A stretch of 32,000 nt of DNA, taken from contig NC_014537.1 in assembly GCF_000148385.1 (NCBI RefSeq), positions 480,001 through 512,000 on the forward strand. The letters are read 5' to 3'. The notes under the pieces were generated by a model. That model worked only from the letters and a program-made list of their open reading frames with translations. It made no database searches and was not told where the DNA came from. Source of the stretch: Vulcanisaeta distributa DSM 14429 (GTDB lineage: Archaea; Thermoproteota; Thermoprotei; Thermoproteales; Thermocladiaceae). A program made the translations under genes and the position numbers. This document shows, piece by piece, positions 22,994-32,000 of the stretch (positions within the stretch are counted from its first letter, which is position 1; each line of letters begins with the position of its first letter).

Positions 22994-24022
22994 TTGGGCG
23001 TGACAATCTCTATCAAGCTCGCTAGGACAGTCAAGGACCTCCTAATGATGGCTCAGACAGAGTATTTCGATGCAGGCCATAGGACTTGCCAGGGCTGTGA
23101 ATCGGCAATGGTACTTAGGTGGGTAGCCAAGGCAGCAGGCCCTAACACAATTGTCATTGGGGCTACGGGCTGTATGTACGTTGCTAACACGACCTATTAC
23201 ACAACCGCCTGGGCATTACCCTGGATACACACCCAATTATCCGGCACTGGGTCTGCCGTAGTTGGTACAGCAGCAGCACTTAAGGCGCTCATAGAGAAGG
23301 GCAAACTACCCAATGAGAAGATTAACGTGATAGGCATATGCGGCGACCTGGGCTGCGCAGATGCCGGACTTTCCGAGGTTTCAAATGCATTAACACACAC
23401 TAAGTACAATTTCTTAATACTCATGTACGACAATGAATCCAGCGCAAACACAGATATTCAAGAAACAACAATGACACCATACGGAGCCCTAACAACCTTC
23501 AGCCCAAGCGGTAAGCAAGTAAGAATAATGAAGTATAGGTGGAAGAAGAACATGGCCGCAATGATGGCTGTGGGACACCCGGAGGTTAGGTACGTGGCCA
23601 CGGCAACAGCCGCAGACCCAATAGACCTATACAACAAGGTAAAGAAGGCTTTAGAGATTGGTGGACCCACTTTCATACACACACTAGACCCATGCCCGAA
23701 GGGCTGGGGTTACGACCCCAAGTACAGCCATGAAATAGGTAGGCTAGCGGTGGAGACTGGTATATGGCCACTCTTCGAGATAGAGGATGGCAAGTTCAGG
23801 TTAACAAGCACTAGCGCTAGGATAGCAAGTGGCGAAATTAAGAGGAAGCCCGTTAAGGAGTACCTGAGAAGACAGACAAGGTTTAAGCACCTGACCGATG
23901 AGGATATTGAGTATATACAGAAGAAGGTTGATGAGATGTGGGAGAAGTGGTTAATACCAGGGCTAATACCACTAACAAGGGAATTACCATATCCAGAAGT
24001 CACTAAGGCATCCACTAAATAA
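22994..24022 (+). CDS. porB: 2-oxoacid:ferredoxin oxidoreductase beta (TPP-binding) subunit
   Basis: 342 aa. Contains GHRTCQGCE and ATGCMYV (cluster Cys ligands), the TPP motif region GICGDLGCADAGLSE...MYDNESSANTDIQ, and LDPCPKGW. A GGAGGTGGGGTGAT Shine-Dalgarno-like tract lies upstream, consistent with an internal operon gene. Confidence 0.88.
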   Translation: MGVTISIKLARTVKDLLMMAQTEYFDAGHRTCQGCESAMVLRWVAKAAGPNTIVIGATGCMYVANTTYYTTAWALPWIHTQLSGTGSAVVGTAAALKALIEKGKLPNEKINVIGICGDLGCADAGLSEVSNALTHTKYNFLILMYDNESSANTDIQETTMTPYGALTTFSPSGKQVRIMKYRWKKNMAAMMAVGHPEVRYVATATAADPIDLYNKVKKALEIGGPTFIHTLDPCPKGWGYDPKYSHEIGRLAVETGIWPLFEIEDGKFRLTSTSARIASGEIKRKPVKEYLRRQTRFKHLTDEDIEYIQKKVDEMWEKWLIPGLIPLTRELPYPEVTKASTK

Positions 24023-24267
24023 ATGATAATGTATGTTCGATTTAAAATCAAAGTAATTTTTATCAATACAATTATTTGATCAATGAATTTAAAATATAAA
24101 TGCTAAAATAATCATTTCTTTTGAAAAAATATGAAACATTTTTTATTTTTAAAATCGTTTCTCATGATATATAAACATCAAAAATTATGAATATTTACTT
24201 TACAAGGATTATTATTGAATATATTCTTAGACATATTTATAACTATTGAAATAATAATCTTAATGAT

Positions 24268-25542
24268 ATGACAGGAGGTTCCCAATTAACTGATAAACAA
24301 ATACTTGGTTTTAGTAGGTGGTTTGCCTTTATTGGGGCCTTCCTGGCTATGTTCATGATAAGTCCGTATGAGTACGCCTTCAGCGCCTTCTCACACGATG
24401 TTACCCAATTCTTCCACATTGGTGCTGTTTTCCTAGGCACGGTATTTACCGTTAACGTCTTTCTAGAGTCAGTATTTGGTTGGCCCGCGGGCTTTGTTAG
24501 GGATAGGTATGGTCCCTGGTTCCTCCAGTTAATAGCGGCGTTTCTCGTTGGTATTGGCTATTTCGCAGCCATATTTGGCTCACCAGCACTCCTCCTATGG
24601 GTCTATGCGATTATTGGTGGTATTGGGGCTGGCATTGTTTATAATAACAGCGTCACAGTAGCCAATAAGTGGTTCCCCGACTATAGGGCTACCGTGGCCG
24701 GCACAATATCAGCTGGGTTCAGTTGGGGTTCAATACCGATAATACTATTAATTGGTGTATTGCCAAAAATGCACCCGATCGCCGTGTTTAAATCCATAAT
24801 GCTTGGTCTTGCCGTTGTTTCATTCGTGATAATACTCATCTCAGCATTCCTAATGAGGAAGGACCCACCGAAGGGCTGGAGACCACCCACGTATAATCCA
24901 CAAGCCTCAAGGTCAAAGCTAATACGCGCAACTGATTACCAATTCACGTTCTCAGAAACCGTAAGGACCTGGCAATTCTGGATATTAGTCATAACATTCC
25001 TCCTAGTAGCATCTGAGGGGTTGACCATAGTCTCTAAGGCCGTTCAATACGGTCTCTACTTCCACTTCGCCCTAGTTGTTGCCGTGGCAGCAGCGCTTGG
25101 CTCTTCAATAATGGCTGGGCTAGGTAAATTCATAACTGGTGTCGTGTCTGATGCAATTGGCGTTATTAAGACGCTAATCCTATTTTATACCCTGTCCGGC
25201 GTATTCACGCTGCTAAGTATTCTATTTGGTATTGTTCATAATGAAATTGGATTCGTAGTCTCCGTAGCTCTGGCAATACTGACCTGGGCATCAATATACA
25301 CCGTTAACCCGGCAGCTGTTGGTTACTTCTACGGTGAGGTCGCGTCAGGTAATAACTACGGCTTACTCTACGCAATTGCTAAGGGCAGTGGTGCAATTTA
25401 CGGCGGCGTACTCACGGCAATAATGATCGGAGCACTGGGCTGGATAAATACCATGATAGTGTCCGGACTCTTCGGTATAATAGCCGCATTATTAGCCATA
25501 CCATTGCTCTGGAAAATACCAAAGCCACCAAAGAAGGTATAA
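24268..25542 (+). CDS. MFS transporter (oxalate/formate-antiporter-like / monocarboxylate-type)
   Basis: 424 aa, highly hydrophobic, with about 12 predicted TM segments in a 6+6 layout and a central loop (MRKDPPKGWRPPTYNPQASRSK). The GFVRDRYGP motif sits in the loop 2-3 position typical of MFS proteins. Confidence 0.85.
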   Translation: MTGGSQLTDKQILGFSRWFAFIGAFLAMFMISPYEYAFSAFSHDVTQFFHIGAVFLGTVFTVNVFLESVFGWPAGFVRDRYGPWFLQLIAAFLVGIGYFAAIFGSPALLLWVYAIIGGIGAGIVYNNSVTVANKWFPDYRATVAGTISAGFSWGSIPIILLIGVLPKMHPIAVFKSIMLGLAVVSFVIILISAFLMRKDPPKGWRPPTYNPQASRSKLIRATDYQFTFSETVRTWQFWILVITFLLVASEGLTIVSKAVQYGLYFHFALVVAVAAALGSSIMAGLGKFITGVVSDAIGVIKTLILFYTLSGVFTLLSILFGIVHNEIGFVVSVALAILTWASIYTVNPAAVGYFYGEVASGNNYGLLYAIAKGSGAIYGGVLTAIMIGALGWINTMIVSGLFGIIAALLAIPLLWKIPKPPKKV

Positions 25543-25703
25543 TAATTATGGCACATTAAAAAATTTATTAAAAATGAATCATAAGTGATTATTTATTTCT
25601 TTATTTACATGAATAAAAATATAAATCTTTATTATTAATTAATAACTATAGATAAAATATCATTTAAGCAATATTTATTAAATATTTATCTATACATACT
25701 TAT

Positions 25704-27113
25704 ATGGGAATAACTAAAGATATTATTACTGAGTTAGAGAGAATTGTTGGTAGTAATAATATTATTACTGATGATGTTGAGTTGACGGTTTATGAGGCTG
25801 ATGGTTCCTTCGTATATACGGCTAAGCCTGATGTGGTTGTTTTCCCCAGATCCACTGAGGAGGTTGCTAAGGTCGTTAGGGTTGCCTGGGAGAATAGGAT
25901 ACCCATTATTGGCCGTGGCTCAGGCACAAGCCTTAGTGGCGGTGCTCTGCCCATTGAGGGTGGTATTGTGATTTCCCTGACCAGGATGAATAGGGTTCTT
26001 GAGCTTGATGTCGAGAATGAGACTGCCACAGTTGAGGCCGGGGTCATTAACCTATGGGTTAGTGATGCCCTGGCTAAGCTTAATTATCAATACCCAATAG
26101 ACCTTGGTTACTACTTCCCAGCTGACCCAGGTAGTCAGAGGGTCTCAACAATAGGTGGTAATATTAGTCATAATGCGGGTGGTGTTAAGTGCTTTAAGTA
26201 TGGTGTTACGGTTAATAATGTACGCGGGTTAAAGGTTGTTCTCCCCAATGGTGAGGTTAGGTTCTTTGGCGGTAAGGTTGTTGAGAACCCTGGCTATGAC
26301 GTCATTGGTATTATGAGCGGTTCTGAGGGTACAATGGCAATAGTCACAGAGGCTGTTTTAAGGATTGTTAGTAATTATGAGTCTGTTAAGACCATATTAG
26401 CCGCATTCAACTCGGTGGAGGACGCGGGCACGGCTGTATCTAGAATCATAAGTTCTGGGATTAGGCCCGTGGCCCTTGAGTTCATGGATAAGATAGCGGT
26501 TAACGCGATTGAAGCTGGTCCATGGGGTGGTGGATTACCCACTGATGCCGAGGCCATACTCCTAATTGACGTTGAGGGTTCCGAACCTGGCACGAATGCC
26601 GAGGCCAGTAGGATAATTGAGATACTGAAGTCCTCAGGCGCATACATGGTTAAGCTCGCTAAAGATAGGGCTGAGGCCAATAGGTGGTGGAATGCGAGGA
26701 AGCAGGCCTTTGGCGCCATGGGTTTTGTAGGCCCGAATTACATAACTGGTGATGGCACTATACCAAGGAAGAAATTGCCGGAGGCCCTGCACAGGATTAG
26801 GGAGATTGGTAATAAGTATGGTTTTAGGATTGCCAATGTATTCCATGCAGGTGATGGCAACCTGCACCCGCTCATACTGTATGATGAGAGGAGACCTGGC
26901 GAGAGGGAGAGGGCTTTGCAGGCTGAGGATGAGATACTTAGGATGTGTGTTGAGATTGGTGGTACAATAACCGGCGAGCATGGGGTTGGGTACTACAAGA
27001 AGCATCTTATTGGTCTGCTTTATACTGATTATGAGTTGAACGTAATGAAGAACATAAAGTCAGTCTTTGACCCGTTGGGTATCATGAACCCTGGCAAGAT
27101 ATTCCCGAGGTGA
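25704..27113 (+). CDS. glcD: FAD-linked oxidase, GlcD / D-lactate dehydrogenase family
   Basis: 469 aa. Contains an FAD_binding_4-type N-terminal domain (VVFPRSTEEVAKVVRVAWENRIPIIGRGSGTSLSGG) and a C-terminal GTITGEHGVG and DPLGIMNPGKIFP block typical of GlcD/Dld. Confidence 0.88.
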   Translation: MGITKDIITELERIVGSNNIITDDVELTVYEADGSFVYTAKPDVVVFPRSTEEVAKVVRVAWENRIPIIGRGSGTSLSGGALPIEGGIVISLTRMNRVLELDVENETATVEAGVINLWVSDALAKLNYQYPIDLGYYFPADPGSQRVSTIGGNISHNAGGVKCFKYGVTVNNVRGLKVVLPNGEVRFFGGKVVENPGYDVIGIMSGSEGTMAIVTEAVLRIVSNYESVKTILAAFNSVEDAGTAVSRIISSGIRPVALEFMDKIAVNAIEAGPWGGGLPTDAEAILLIDVEGSEPGTNAEASRIIEILKSSGAYMVKLAKDRAEANRWWNARKQAFGAMGFVGPNYITGDGTIPRKKLPEALHRIREIGNKYGFRIANVFHAGDGNLHPLILYDERRPGERERALQAEDEILRMCVEIGGTITGEHGVGYYKKHLIGLLYTDYELNVMKNIKSVFDPLGIMNPGKIFPR

Positions 27114-27117
27114 TTAC

Positions 27118-28311
27118 ATGGCGCTTGAGGCTGCGCTTAAGGGTATTGAGAGGGAGGTTAGTAACGATTCAATTAGGGAGCCGACGAGTAAGTACGTTAT
27201 TGACGGTCTAATGCCCAAGGTTGTGTTGTACCCGAGGGATGTTAATGAGCTTAGTACAATGATGAGGGGTATAAGTAAGGAGAAGCTAAGTGTGATACCC
27301 ATAGTTAATGGGTCTAAGACCTTCATAGGCAATATACCCAAGTCCTATGACGTGGCACTCGATCTAAGCCGTGTAAATAGAGTCATAGAGCCTGACCCGG
27401 AGGAGATGGTTGGCGTTTATGGCGTTAGTGCATCATTTAATGAGGTTCAGGAGACGTTGAGGAGGGTAAGTAGGAGATTACCTATTGACCCACCCCTGTC
27501 AAGTCGCTCAAGTATTGGTGGCGTATTTTCATGCAATTTATTTGGTCCGTTGGCTTATACGTTCATGACCACGAGAGACATAACACTTAGGGTTAGGGCC
27601 GTAATGCCTGACGGGACGGTGGTTAGGTGGGGTACCGGCATGATTAAGGATGTGGCCGGCTATAACGTGAAGAGGCTCTTCATTGGTTCCTGCGGTTCCC
27701 TGGGTATAATCTATGAGGTTATGTCTAGGATTGCTGCAATCCCCGATGTAATAGCCGTTACGAGACTAAATAAGGAGCTTGATCTATTCATAACAAGGAG
27801 GTTGAAGCCCTACGGTGCCATAGTCGTTAACGGCACAATGTACCTTAGGTTTGAAGGTGTTAAGGAGGAGGTGGAATACCGACTGGGTAAGCTGAGTGAG
27901 GTTTCGGGCTTTGATGTATTCTACGGTAATGAGGCTGAGGAGTTATGGTACAAGCTAACGTCAATGGATGAACTATTCAATAACTATAATGTTATTATTA
28001 AGGTGGTGACTCCTCAAGCAAGGTTGAATAATGCCCTGAGGGAATTACCGAGTGATTACCTGGTTAAGATGCCCATGATTGGTGAGGCTTATCTAGGCAT
28101 TAATAGTATCGACGTTAACACATTGAATACGATTAGGGGTAAGGTGGGTGATTTAGGTGGCTACTTAATGATTTTGAAGGCACCCCCTGAACTTAAGCGT
28201 GGAATTGACGTCTGGGGTCTTAACCAGAACCTAGACATAATGTCTAAGCTAAAATCCGTCTTTGACCCATTGGGTATAATGAGCCCTGGGAGGTTCGTGG
28301 GTGGTCTATAA
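27118..28311 (+). CDS. FAD-binding oxidase subunit, GlcE-like
   Basis: 397 aa. Second, more divergent FAD_binding_4-type protein (VVLYPRDVNELSTMMRG, AGYNVKRLFIGSCGSLGII, FDPLGIMSPGRF). It starts 4 nt after the glcD-like stop, and its own stop overlaps the next start (TAATG). Confidence 0.78.
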   Translation: MALEAALKGIEREVSNDSIREPTSKYVIDGLMPKVVLYPRDVNELSTMMRGISKEKLSVIPIVNGSKTFIGNIPKSYDVALDLSRVNRVIEPDPEEMVGVYGVSASFNEVQETLRRVSRRLPIDPPLSSRSSIGGVFSCNLFGPLAYTFMTTRDITLRVRAVMPDGTVVRWGTGMIKDVAGYNVKRLFIGSCGSLGIIYEVMSRIAAIPDVIAVTRLNKELDLFITRRLKPYGAIVVNGTMYLRFEGVKEEVEYRLGKLSEVSGFDVFYGNEAEELWYKLTSMDELFNNYNVIIKVVTPQARLNNALRELPSDYLVKMPMIGEAYLGINSIDVNTLNTIRGKVGDLGGYLMILKAPPELKRGIDVWGLNQNLDIMSKLKSVFDPLGIMSPGRFVGGL

Positions 28312-29594
28312 TGGGTAGTGATGACCTGTATAGGAGGTTTGTTGAGGAGGGGCTTAATGAAGCCTATAAATGCGTACACTGCGGCTTCTGCCTGCCAACA
28401 TGCCCAACCTACAGGGCTACCTGGAACGAGGCGGACAGCCCAAGGGGTAGGATATACCTAGTCAAGGCGTTGTTAACGGGTAAGTTGCAACCCACTGAGA
28501 CCTTACTTGAGCATCTTGATGCATGCGTGATCTGTAGGAGGTGCGAGACTGCATGCCCATCAGGCGTTCAGTATAGTAAGGTTCTTGAGGCAGCATACGC
28601 TTACCTGGGTGATAAACTAATAAATTATGGATATCCATGGCATGTAAGGACCGGGTTCAAACTTCTTGAAAGCCCGATGGCGATAAAACTGGCGCTGTCC
28701 GTATCCAATTCACTACCTGGAATACCAAGTCATATGAAGGGATTTGCGAGGTCAAGGGATAGGGAGAGACTTGATGATGTACTCGGCAAGGTGTTTAGAG
28801 TACCGAGTGATAAGCCCGTCAGGGGTAGGGTCCTATTATTCGTGACCAATTCATGCGTTGCCTGGCAATCCCATACACACCTAGTCTACGCCACAATTAG
28901 GGTATTAACGTGGAATGGGTTCGAAGTCGTGGTACCCAGGGAATTCAAGTGCTGCGGTGCACCATACATGCACATGGGCATGTTTAATAAGGCCGTCGAA
29001 CTTGCGAGGCACAATATCGATGTATTTGACAAGTATGATAAGGCCTATGGCATAGACTACATAGTTGTTCCAGACTCAGGTGGTTGTCAGGCGCAGTGGC
29101 TTGAGTATGAGAGATTACTTAATGCGAAGCTAAATCTTAGGCAGAGGGTTATGAATACCTTACAACTCCTTGATAGGGTTGGGCTTGTTGGTGAGCTTGG
29201 TCCCGTTAAGATGAGGATATCAATACAGCATAGCTGCCACCTAATGAATGCGGCTAAGGCCCATGACGCAATACTTCGTATCATTAGCAAGATACCAGGT
29301 CTTGAGATAAGGGGCTTAGATACAGCCGATATCTGCTGTGGAGCTGGCATGATGTACCCAGATAGGCACCCAGACATTGCTAGGGAAATAACTAGGCAGA
29401 AGATCGAAGATTTAATGCGCCATAAACCAGACGCCTTAATACTTGAGAGCGTAACCTGTAAAGCCCATTGGGCGAATATAATTAGGGATAACAATATAAG
29501 CATTAGGTTATTATACCCAACGGAATTACTTGATACTTCATACATGTCTGGCGGGAACCCCGGCTATGGAATGATTGAGGGCGTGATTCTTTAA
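28311..29594 (+). CDS. Fe-S / CCG-domain subunit, GlcF-like
   Basis: 427 aa. Two ferredoxin-type clusters (CVHCGFCLPTCP, CVICRRCETACP) are followed by two CCG motifs (FKCCGAP, DICCGAG), as in GlcF and HdrD-like proteins. Confidence 0.85.
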   Translation: MGSDDLYRRFVEEGLNEAYKCVHCGFCLPTCPTYRATWNEADSPRGRIYLVKALLTGKLQPTETLLEHLDACVICRRCETACPSGVQYSKVLEAAYAYLGDKLINYGYPWHVRTGFKLLESPMAIKLALSVSNSLPGIPSHMKGFARSRDRERLDDVLGKVFRVPSDKPVRGRVLLFVTNSCVAWQSHTHLVYATIRVLTWNGFEVVVPREFKCCGAPYMHMGMFNKAVELARHNIDVFDKYDKAYGIDYIVVPDSGGCQAQWLEYERLLNAKLNLRQRVMNTLQLLDRVGLVGELGPVKMRISIQHSCHLMNAAKAHDAILRIISKIPGLEIRGLDTADICCGAGMMYPDRHPDIAREITRQKIEDLMRHKPDALILESVTCKAHWANIIRDNNISIRLLYPTELLDTSYMSGGNPGYGMIEGVIL

Positions 29595-29628
29595 TGGCTG
29601 GATAAATAGATAATGGTTGTTAGGTTAA

Positions 29629-29641
29629 TAATTATAAATAG
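29629..29641 (+). promoter_or_regulatory. TATA-like box (ATTATAAATA) centred about 24 nt upstream of ATG 29660
   Basis: Box at 29631-29640 in a short AT-rich spacer, suggesting a leaderless thrB transcript. Confidence 0.45.
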
Positions 29642-29659
29642 GCATTATACTTTGCATCG

Positions 29660-30592
29660 ATGTCGATATGCATTAGAAGCCTAGCCTCTATAGCCAATTT
29701 AGGGCCTGGATTTGATGTGATGTCATTAGCTATTATGGAACCTTATGATGATGCTTATATCGAATTAAGCCGAGGAGAAGACCGTGTAGAATTCATCGGC
29801 AATTATGCGCATTACTTACCCAGTGACTATAAGGTCACCACGCTTTATCCCGTTATTGAGGAATTTAGGAGAATTATGGGCATAGATTTTCACGTACATG
29901 TCGTAGTTAAGAAGAATATTAAGCCTGCAAGTGGGCTGGGTAGTAGTGGCGCTGATGCCGCGGCGATGGCTTACGCCCTGAATAAACTACTTAATGCTGG
30001 CCTTGATTATAAGTCGTTAATTAGGATTGCGGCGCTTGGTGAAGTTGCGGCGGCGGGTACTCCGCACATGGATAATGTTGCGGCATCCCTATTGGGTGGG
30101 TTAGTAATTATTAACCCGGTGACTGGGGACTTTGTCAGGGTTGACCTACCCGATAATTATTGGGTTGTGATTGTCATGGCGGGTAGTAAGCCTAGTACTA
30201 AGGAGATGCGTAAGTTATTGCCTAATGCCGTAGACATGAATAGCCTTAAGAATAACTCAGCTTACGCGTCAATGCTCGTTTACGCACTAATCACTGGGAA
30301 TAGGGAAGCTCTGGGTAAGGCGTTAATGGGTGATGCAGTTGTTGAGCCAGTAAGGGCTAAGCTTTACCCGCACTACAATGCGGTTAAGGAGGCATTACTA
30401 AAGGCCGGGGCGATCGGTGTAGCCCTTGCTGGTGCTGGTCCATCACTCTTTGGGATATTTGATTTTGAACCGTCTAAGGAACGCATAAATGAATTACTGC
30501 ATGCCCGTGGTTTAAGGGATCATGCATTAATTATTACGCGGCCAAGCAACATCGGTGTTCATGAGATACCCTGTGAGGACCTTAATACTTAA
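29660..30592 (+). CDS. thrB: Homoserine kinase (GHMP kinase family)
   Basis: 310 aa. Has the N-terminal SIANLGPGFD motif, the GHMP motif II KPASGLGSSGADAAA, and the C-terminal ALAGAGPSLFG. Confidence 0.85.
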   Translation: MSICIRSLASIANLGPGFDVMSLAIMEPYDDAYIELSRGEDRVEFIGNYAHYLPSDYKVTTLYPVIEEFRRIMGIDFHVHVVVKKNIKPASGLGSSGADAAAMAYALNKLLNAGLDYKSLIRIAALGEVAAAGTPHMDNVAASLLGGLVIINPVTGDFVRVDLPDNYWVVIVMAGSKPSTKEMRKLLPNAVDMNSLKNNSAYASMLVYALITGNREALGKALMGDAVVEPVRAKLYPHYNAVKEALLKAGAIGVALAGAGPSLFGIFDFEPSKERINELLHARGLRDHALIITRPSNIGVHEIPCEDLNT

Positions 30593-30619
30593 TACATAAT
30601 TAAGTGCTTAAGCCCTGGA

Positions 30620-31744
30620 ATGAACGTCATAATAATTGGTGGGGGAGTTATAGGGACTGTACTAACGCACCTATTCTCATTGAGGGGCGTTAACGTCACT
30701 TTAATTAACTCAGGTCTTCAAAAACCAAGGTTTCCGCTTATTCACTCAAAGTTACTGAGATTTCCTGAGGATATTAGGTTGGCGAGGATCAGTGAGGATG
30801 TATATATGGAATTATCCAGGGAGTTAAGGGTTGATGTATTAAGGCCCATGGAGTCCATCACCATAATTCCGGAAGCATGTTATAATGACGCATTACATAT
30901 AATGAGTATGTGGTATGAGGTTGGAGCTAAAGTGCGTGTAATTAGTGATGTTCATGAATATGGACTTAAGAGGGTTAATGATCAGGAGATTTACATCTTC
31001 AGTACTAATGGTGATAACTTCGTTAATTACCTATCATTGATGAATAGAGTTCATAAAATCGACGGCGTTAATTACATTAATGGTACGGCAACTATTAAGT
31101 TCAGTGATCATGATGTTAGGGTTTTAATAAATGATAACGAGTTGAAAGGAGATTATGTAATTCTTGCCTCAGGTGCTTGGAACTCCATAATGATTAGGAA
31201 TGCTGGTTTAAATGTACCATTATTACCCTATAAATGCCAGGCAGCCGCATTCATTAGCAGGGGGATTAGCACCATAGTTTATGATTATGTACTTAATATT
31301 TACGTGAGGCCCCTCGGCTTAAGGATTGATAATGCACTAAACAAACTAGGACTTTCGATAATCGTTGGTGGTGATGGTAATTCCAAAGTTACTGAGCCAG
31401 GTAGGGATAGAGGTGTTGATCGAGAATTCCTGAATGAAGTTAGGGGTAAGGTCAGGGCCAGGCTAGGTAGGGTATTGCTTATTGGGTCTAGGTTTGGTTA
31501 TTGTGAAATCACGCCGGACATGAGGCCCGTGGTTGGTACTGTTGGGTCTGAAAACCTATTGTTAATTGGTGGGTTTAATGGCTATGGAGCCGAGGTGGGG
31601 CCCGCCCTGGCATTGGCGGTGGTTAATTACGTGATTAGTGGTTCATGGCCTGACTATGCAAGGCCATACCTCATTGATAGGTTCGGCAATAATTGGCCAA
31701 GTACTTGGGACATCGGTGTTGAGGCCCATGAGTTGTGCGTTTAA
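30620..31744 (+). CDS. FAD-dependent oxidoreductase, DAO (glycine/D-amino-acid oxidase-like) family
   Basis: 374 aa. Has the N-terminal dinucleotide-binding motif VIIIGGGVIGTVL and the C-terminal GGFNGYGAEVGPALA typical of DAO-family flavoproteins. Confidence 0.8.
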   Translation: MNVIIIGGGVIGTVLTHLFSLRGVNVTLINSGLQKPRFPLIHSKLLRFPEDIRLARISEDVYMELSRELRVDVLRPMESITIIPEACYNDALHIMSMWYEVGAKVRVISDVHEYGLKRVNDQEIYIFSTNGDNFVNYLSLMNRVHKIDGVNYINGTATIKFSDHDVRVLINDNELKGDYVILASGAWNSIMIRNAGLNVPLLPYKCQAAAFISRGISTIVYDYVLNIYVRPLGLRIDNALNKLGLSIIVGGDGNSKVTEPGRDRGVDREFLNEVRGKVRARLGRVLLIGSRFGYCEITPDMRPVVGTVGSENLLLIGGFNGYGAEVGPALALAVVNYVISGSWPDYARPYLIDRFGNNWPSTWDIGVEAHELCV

Positions 31745-31798
31745 TCTAGCCTAAACTCTTTATTAATCCTGTTGGGAATTATTACCTGGCTGGTTAAG

Positions 31799-32000
31799 TT
31801 GCGTGTCGCTGACCTGCCACTTCCAGACATACTAAGGGACTTCGTAATTAGGGAGAGGGGTATTCAGGAGCTTTATCCACCACAGGAGGAGGCCGTGCGT
31901 AAGGGCTTATTTGATGGTAAGAGCATCGTCATGTGCACAAGCACCGCCACCGGTAAGACACTGATGGCTGAGCTGGCAATGATAAACGCAGTACTTACTA
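31799..32000 (+). CDS. hel308: Hel308/Ski2-type DNA helicase, N-terminal fragment (runs off the window)
   Basis: From TTG 31799 the sequence reads (M)RVADLPLPDILRDFVIRERGIQELYPPQEEAVRKGLFDGKSIVMCTSTATGKTLMAELAM. This carries the Q-motif (YPPQ) and Walker A (TATGKT) in the arrangement typical of archaeal Hel308. Confidence 0.8.
   Translation, partial: MRVADLPLPDILRDFVIRERGIQELYPPQEEAVRKGLFDGKSIVMCTSTATGKTLMAELAMINAVLT

Noticed and set aside
24023-25703. AT-rich spacers as a replication origin near mcm.
   Set aside because: I could not find inverted ORB or mini-ORB-like repeats flanking the AT-rich tracts, and there is no adjacent orc1/cdc6 gene. The repeated words are simple A/T runs. The spacers are kept only as a low-interest finding.
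214-29545. Many ORF-track entries lie antisense to, or in alternate frames within, strongly supported genes. Examples: 214-402, 1483-1749, 1595-1852, 1997-2206, 3636-3842, 4402-4770, 6224-6481, 10741-10932, 11485-11682, 14828-15157, 15618-15803, 16221-16439, 18132-18380, 19214-19525, 19592-19861, 20078-20299, 20675-20932, 21029-21220, 21898-22251, 23197-23451, 23458-23682, 23710-24066, 24243-24440, 24681-24890, 25790-26047, 26375-26719, 26634-27005, 26749-26970, 27114-27341, 28161-28379, 29087-29545.
   Set aside because: They overlap genes with clear family motifs and have Ser/Leu/Pro/Thr-rich low-information translations typical of shadow ORFs. None shows a recognisable motif or its own promoter-like box.
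1-32000. tRNA or rRNA genes, CRISPR arrays, IS elements or integrase-bounded islands.
   Set aside because: Reading both strands by eye, I found no regularly spaced direct repeats, no tRNA-like T-arm (GGTTCRAATCC-type) sequences, no transposase or integrase motifs and no obvious terminal inverted repeats. A computational scan (tRNAscan-SE, CRISPRCasFinder, ISEScan) would be needed to exclude them formally.

Overview
The window looks like a chromosomal segment of a crenarchaeon. The lineage guess (Thermoproteales-like, Vulcanisaeta/Caldivirga-type) is inferred from gene content and cannot be verified here: MCM, Gins23-type GINS, ribosomal protein eS30, Hel308, frequent GTG/TTG starts, and AT-rich TATA-like boxes about 25 nt upstream of start codons. 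I support about 35 genes. Housekeeping and metabolic blocks sit at both ends. On the left are a 5'-truncated spermidine synthase, a class III aminotransferase and a SAM methyltransferase. On the right are GINS-MCM, a 2-oxoacid:ferredoxin oxidoreductase operon (gamma-delta fusion, alpha, beta), an MFS transporter, a GlcD/GlcE/GlcF-like FAD/Fe-S oxidase operon, homoserine kinase, a DAO-type flavoprotein and the 5' end of Hel308. Between about 3.3 kb and 17.4 kb lies a patchy accessory region. It holds an NTase-fold protein, an archaeal-ATPase-family NTPase, two different HEPN/nucleotidyltransferase pairs, a retropepsin-like protease, three predicted surface proteins with class-III-like signal peptides (two are tandem paralogs), and a compositionally chimeric 528-aa protein with LAGLIDADG-like motifs. 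The best candidate for a new system is a translationally coupled three-gene operon at 14793-17077: an ABC/AAA_21-type ATPase, a small RloB/Toprim-like protein and an unknown protein of about 132 aa. It is followed by a frameshifted AbrB/SpoVT gene. Two things are missing from the ORF track: an eS30 ribosomal protein gene (9800-9959, minus strand) whose ATG is out of frame by one T, and the frameshifted AbrB gene (17164-17414). By eye I found no tRNA, rRNA, CRISPR array or clear IS element.
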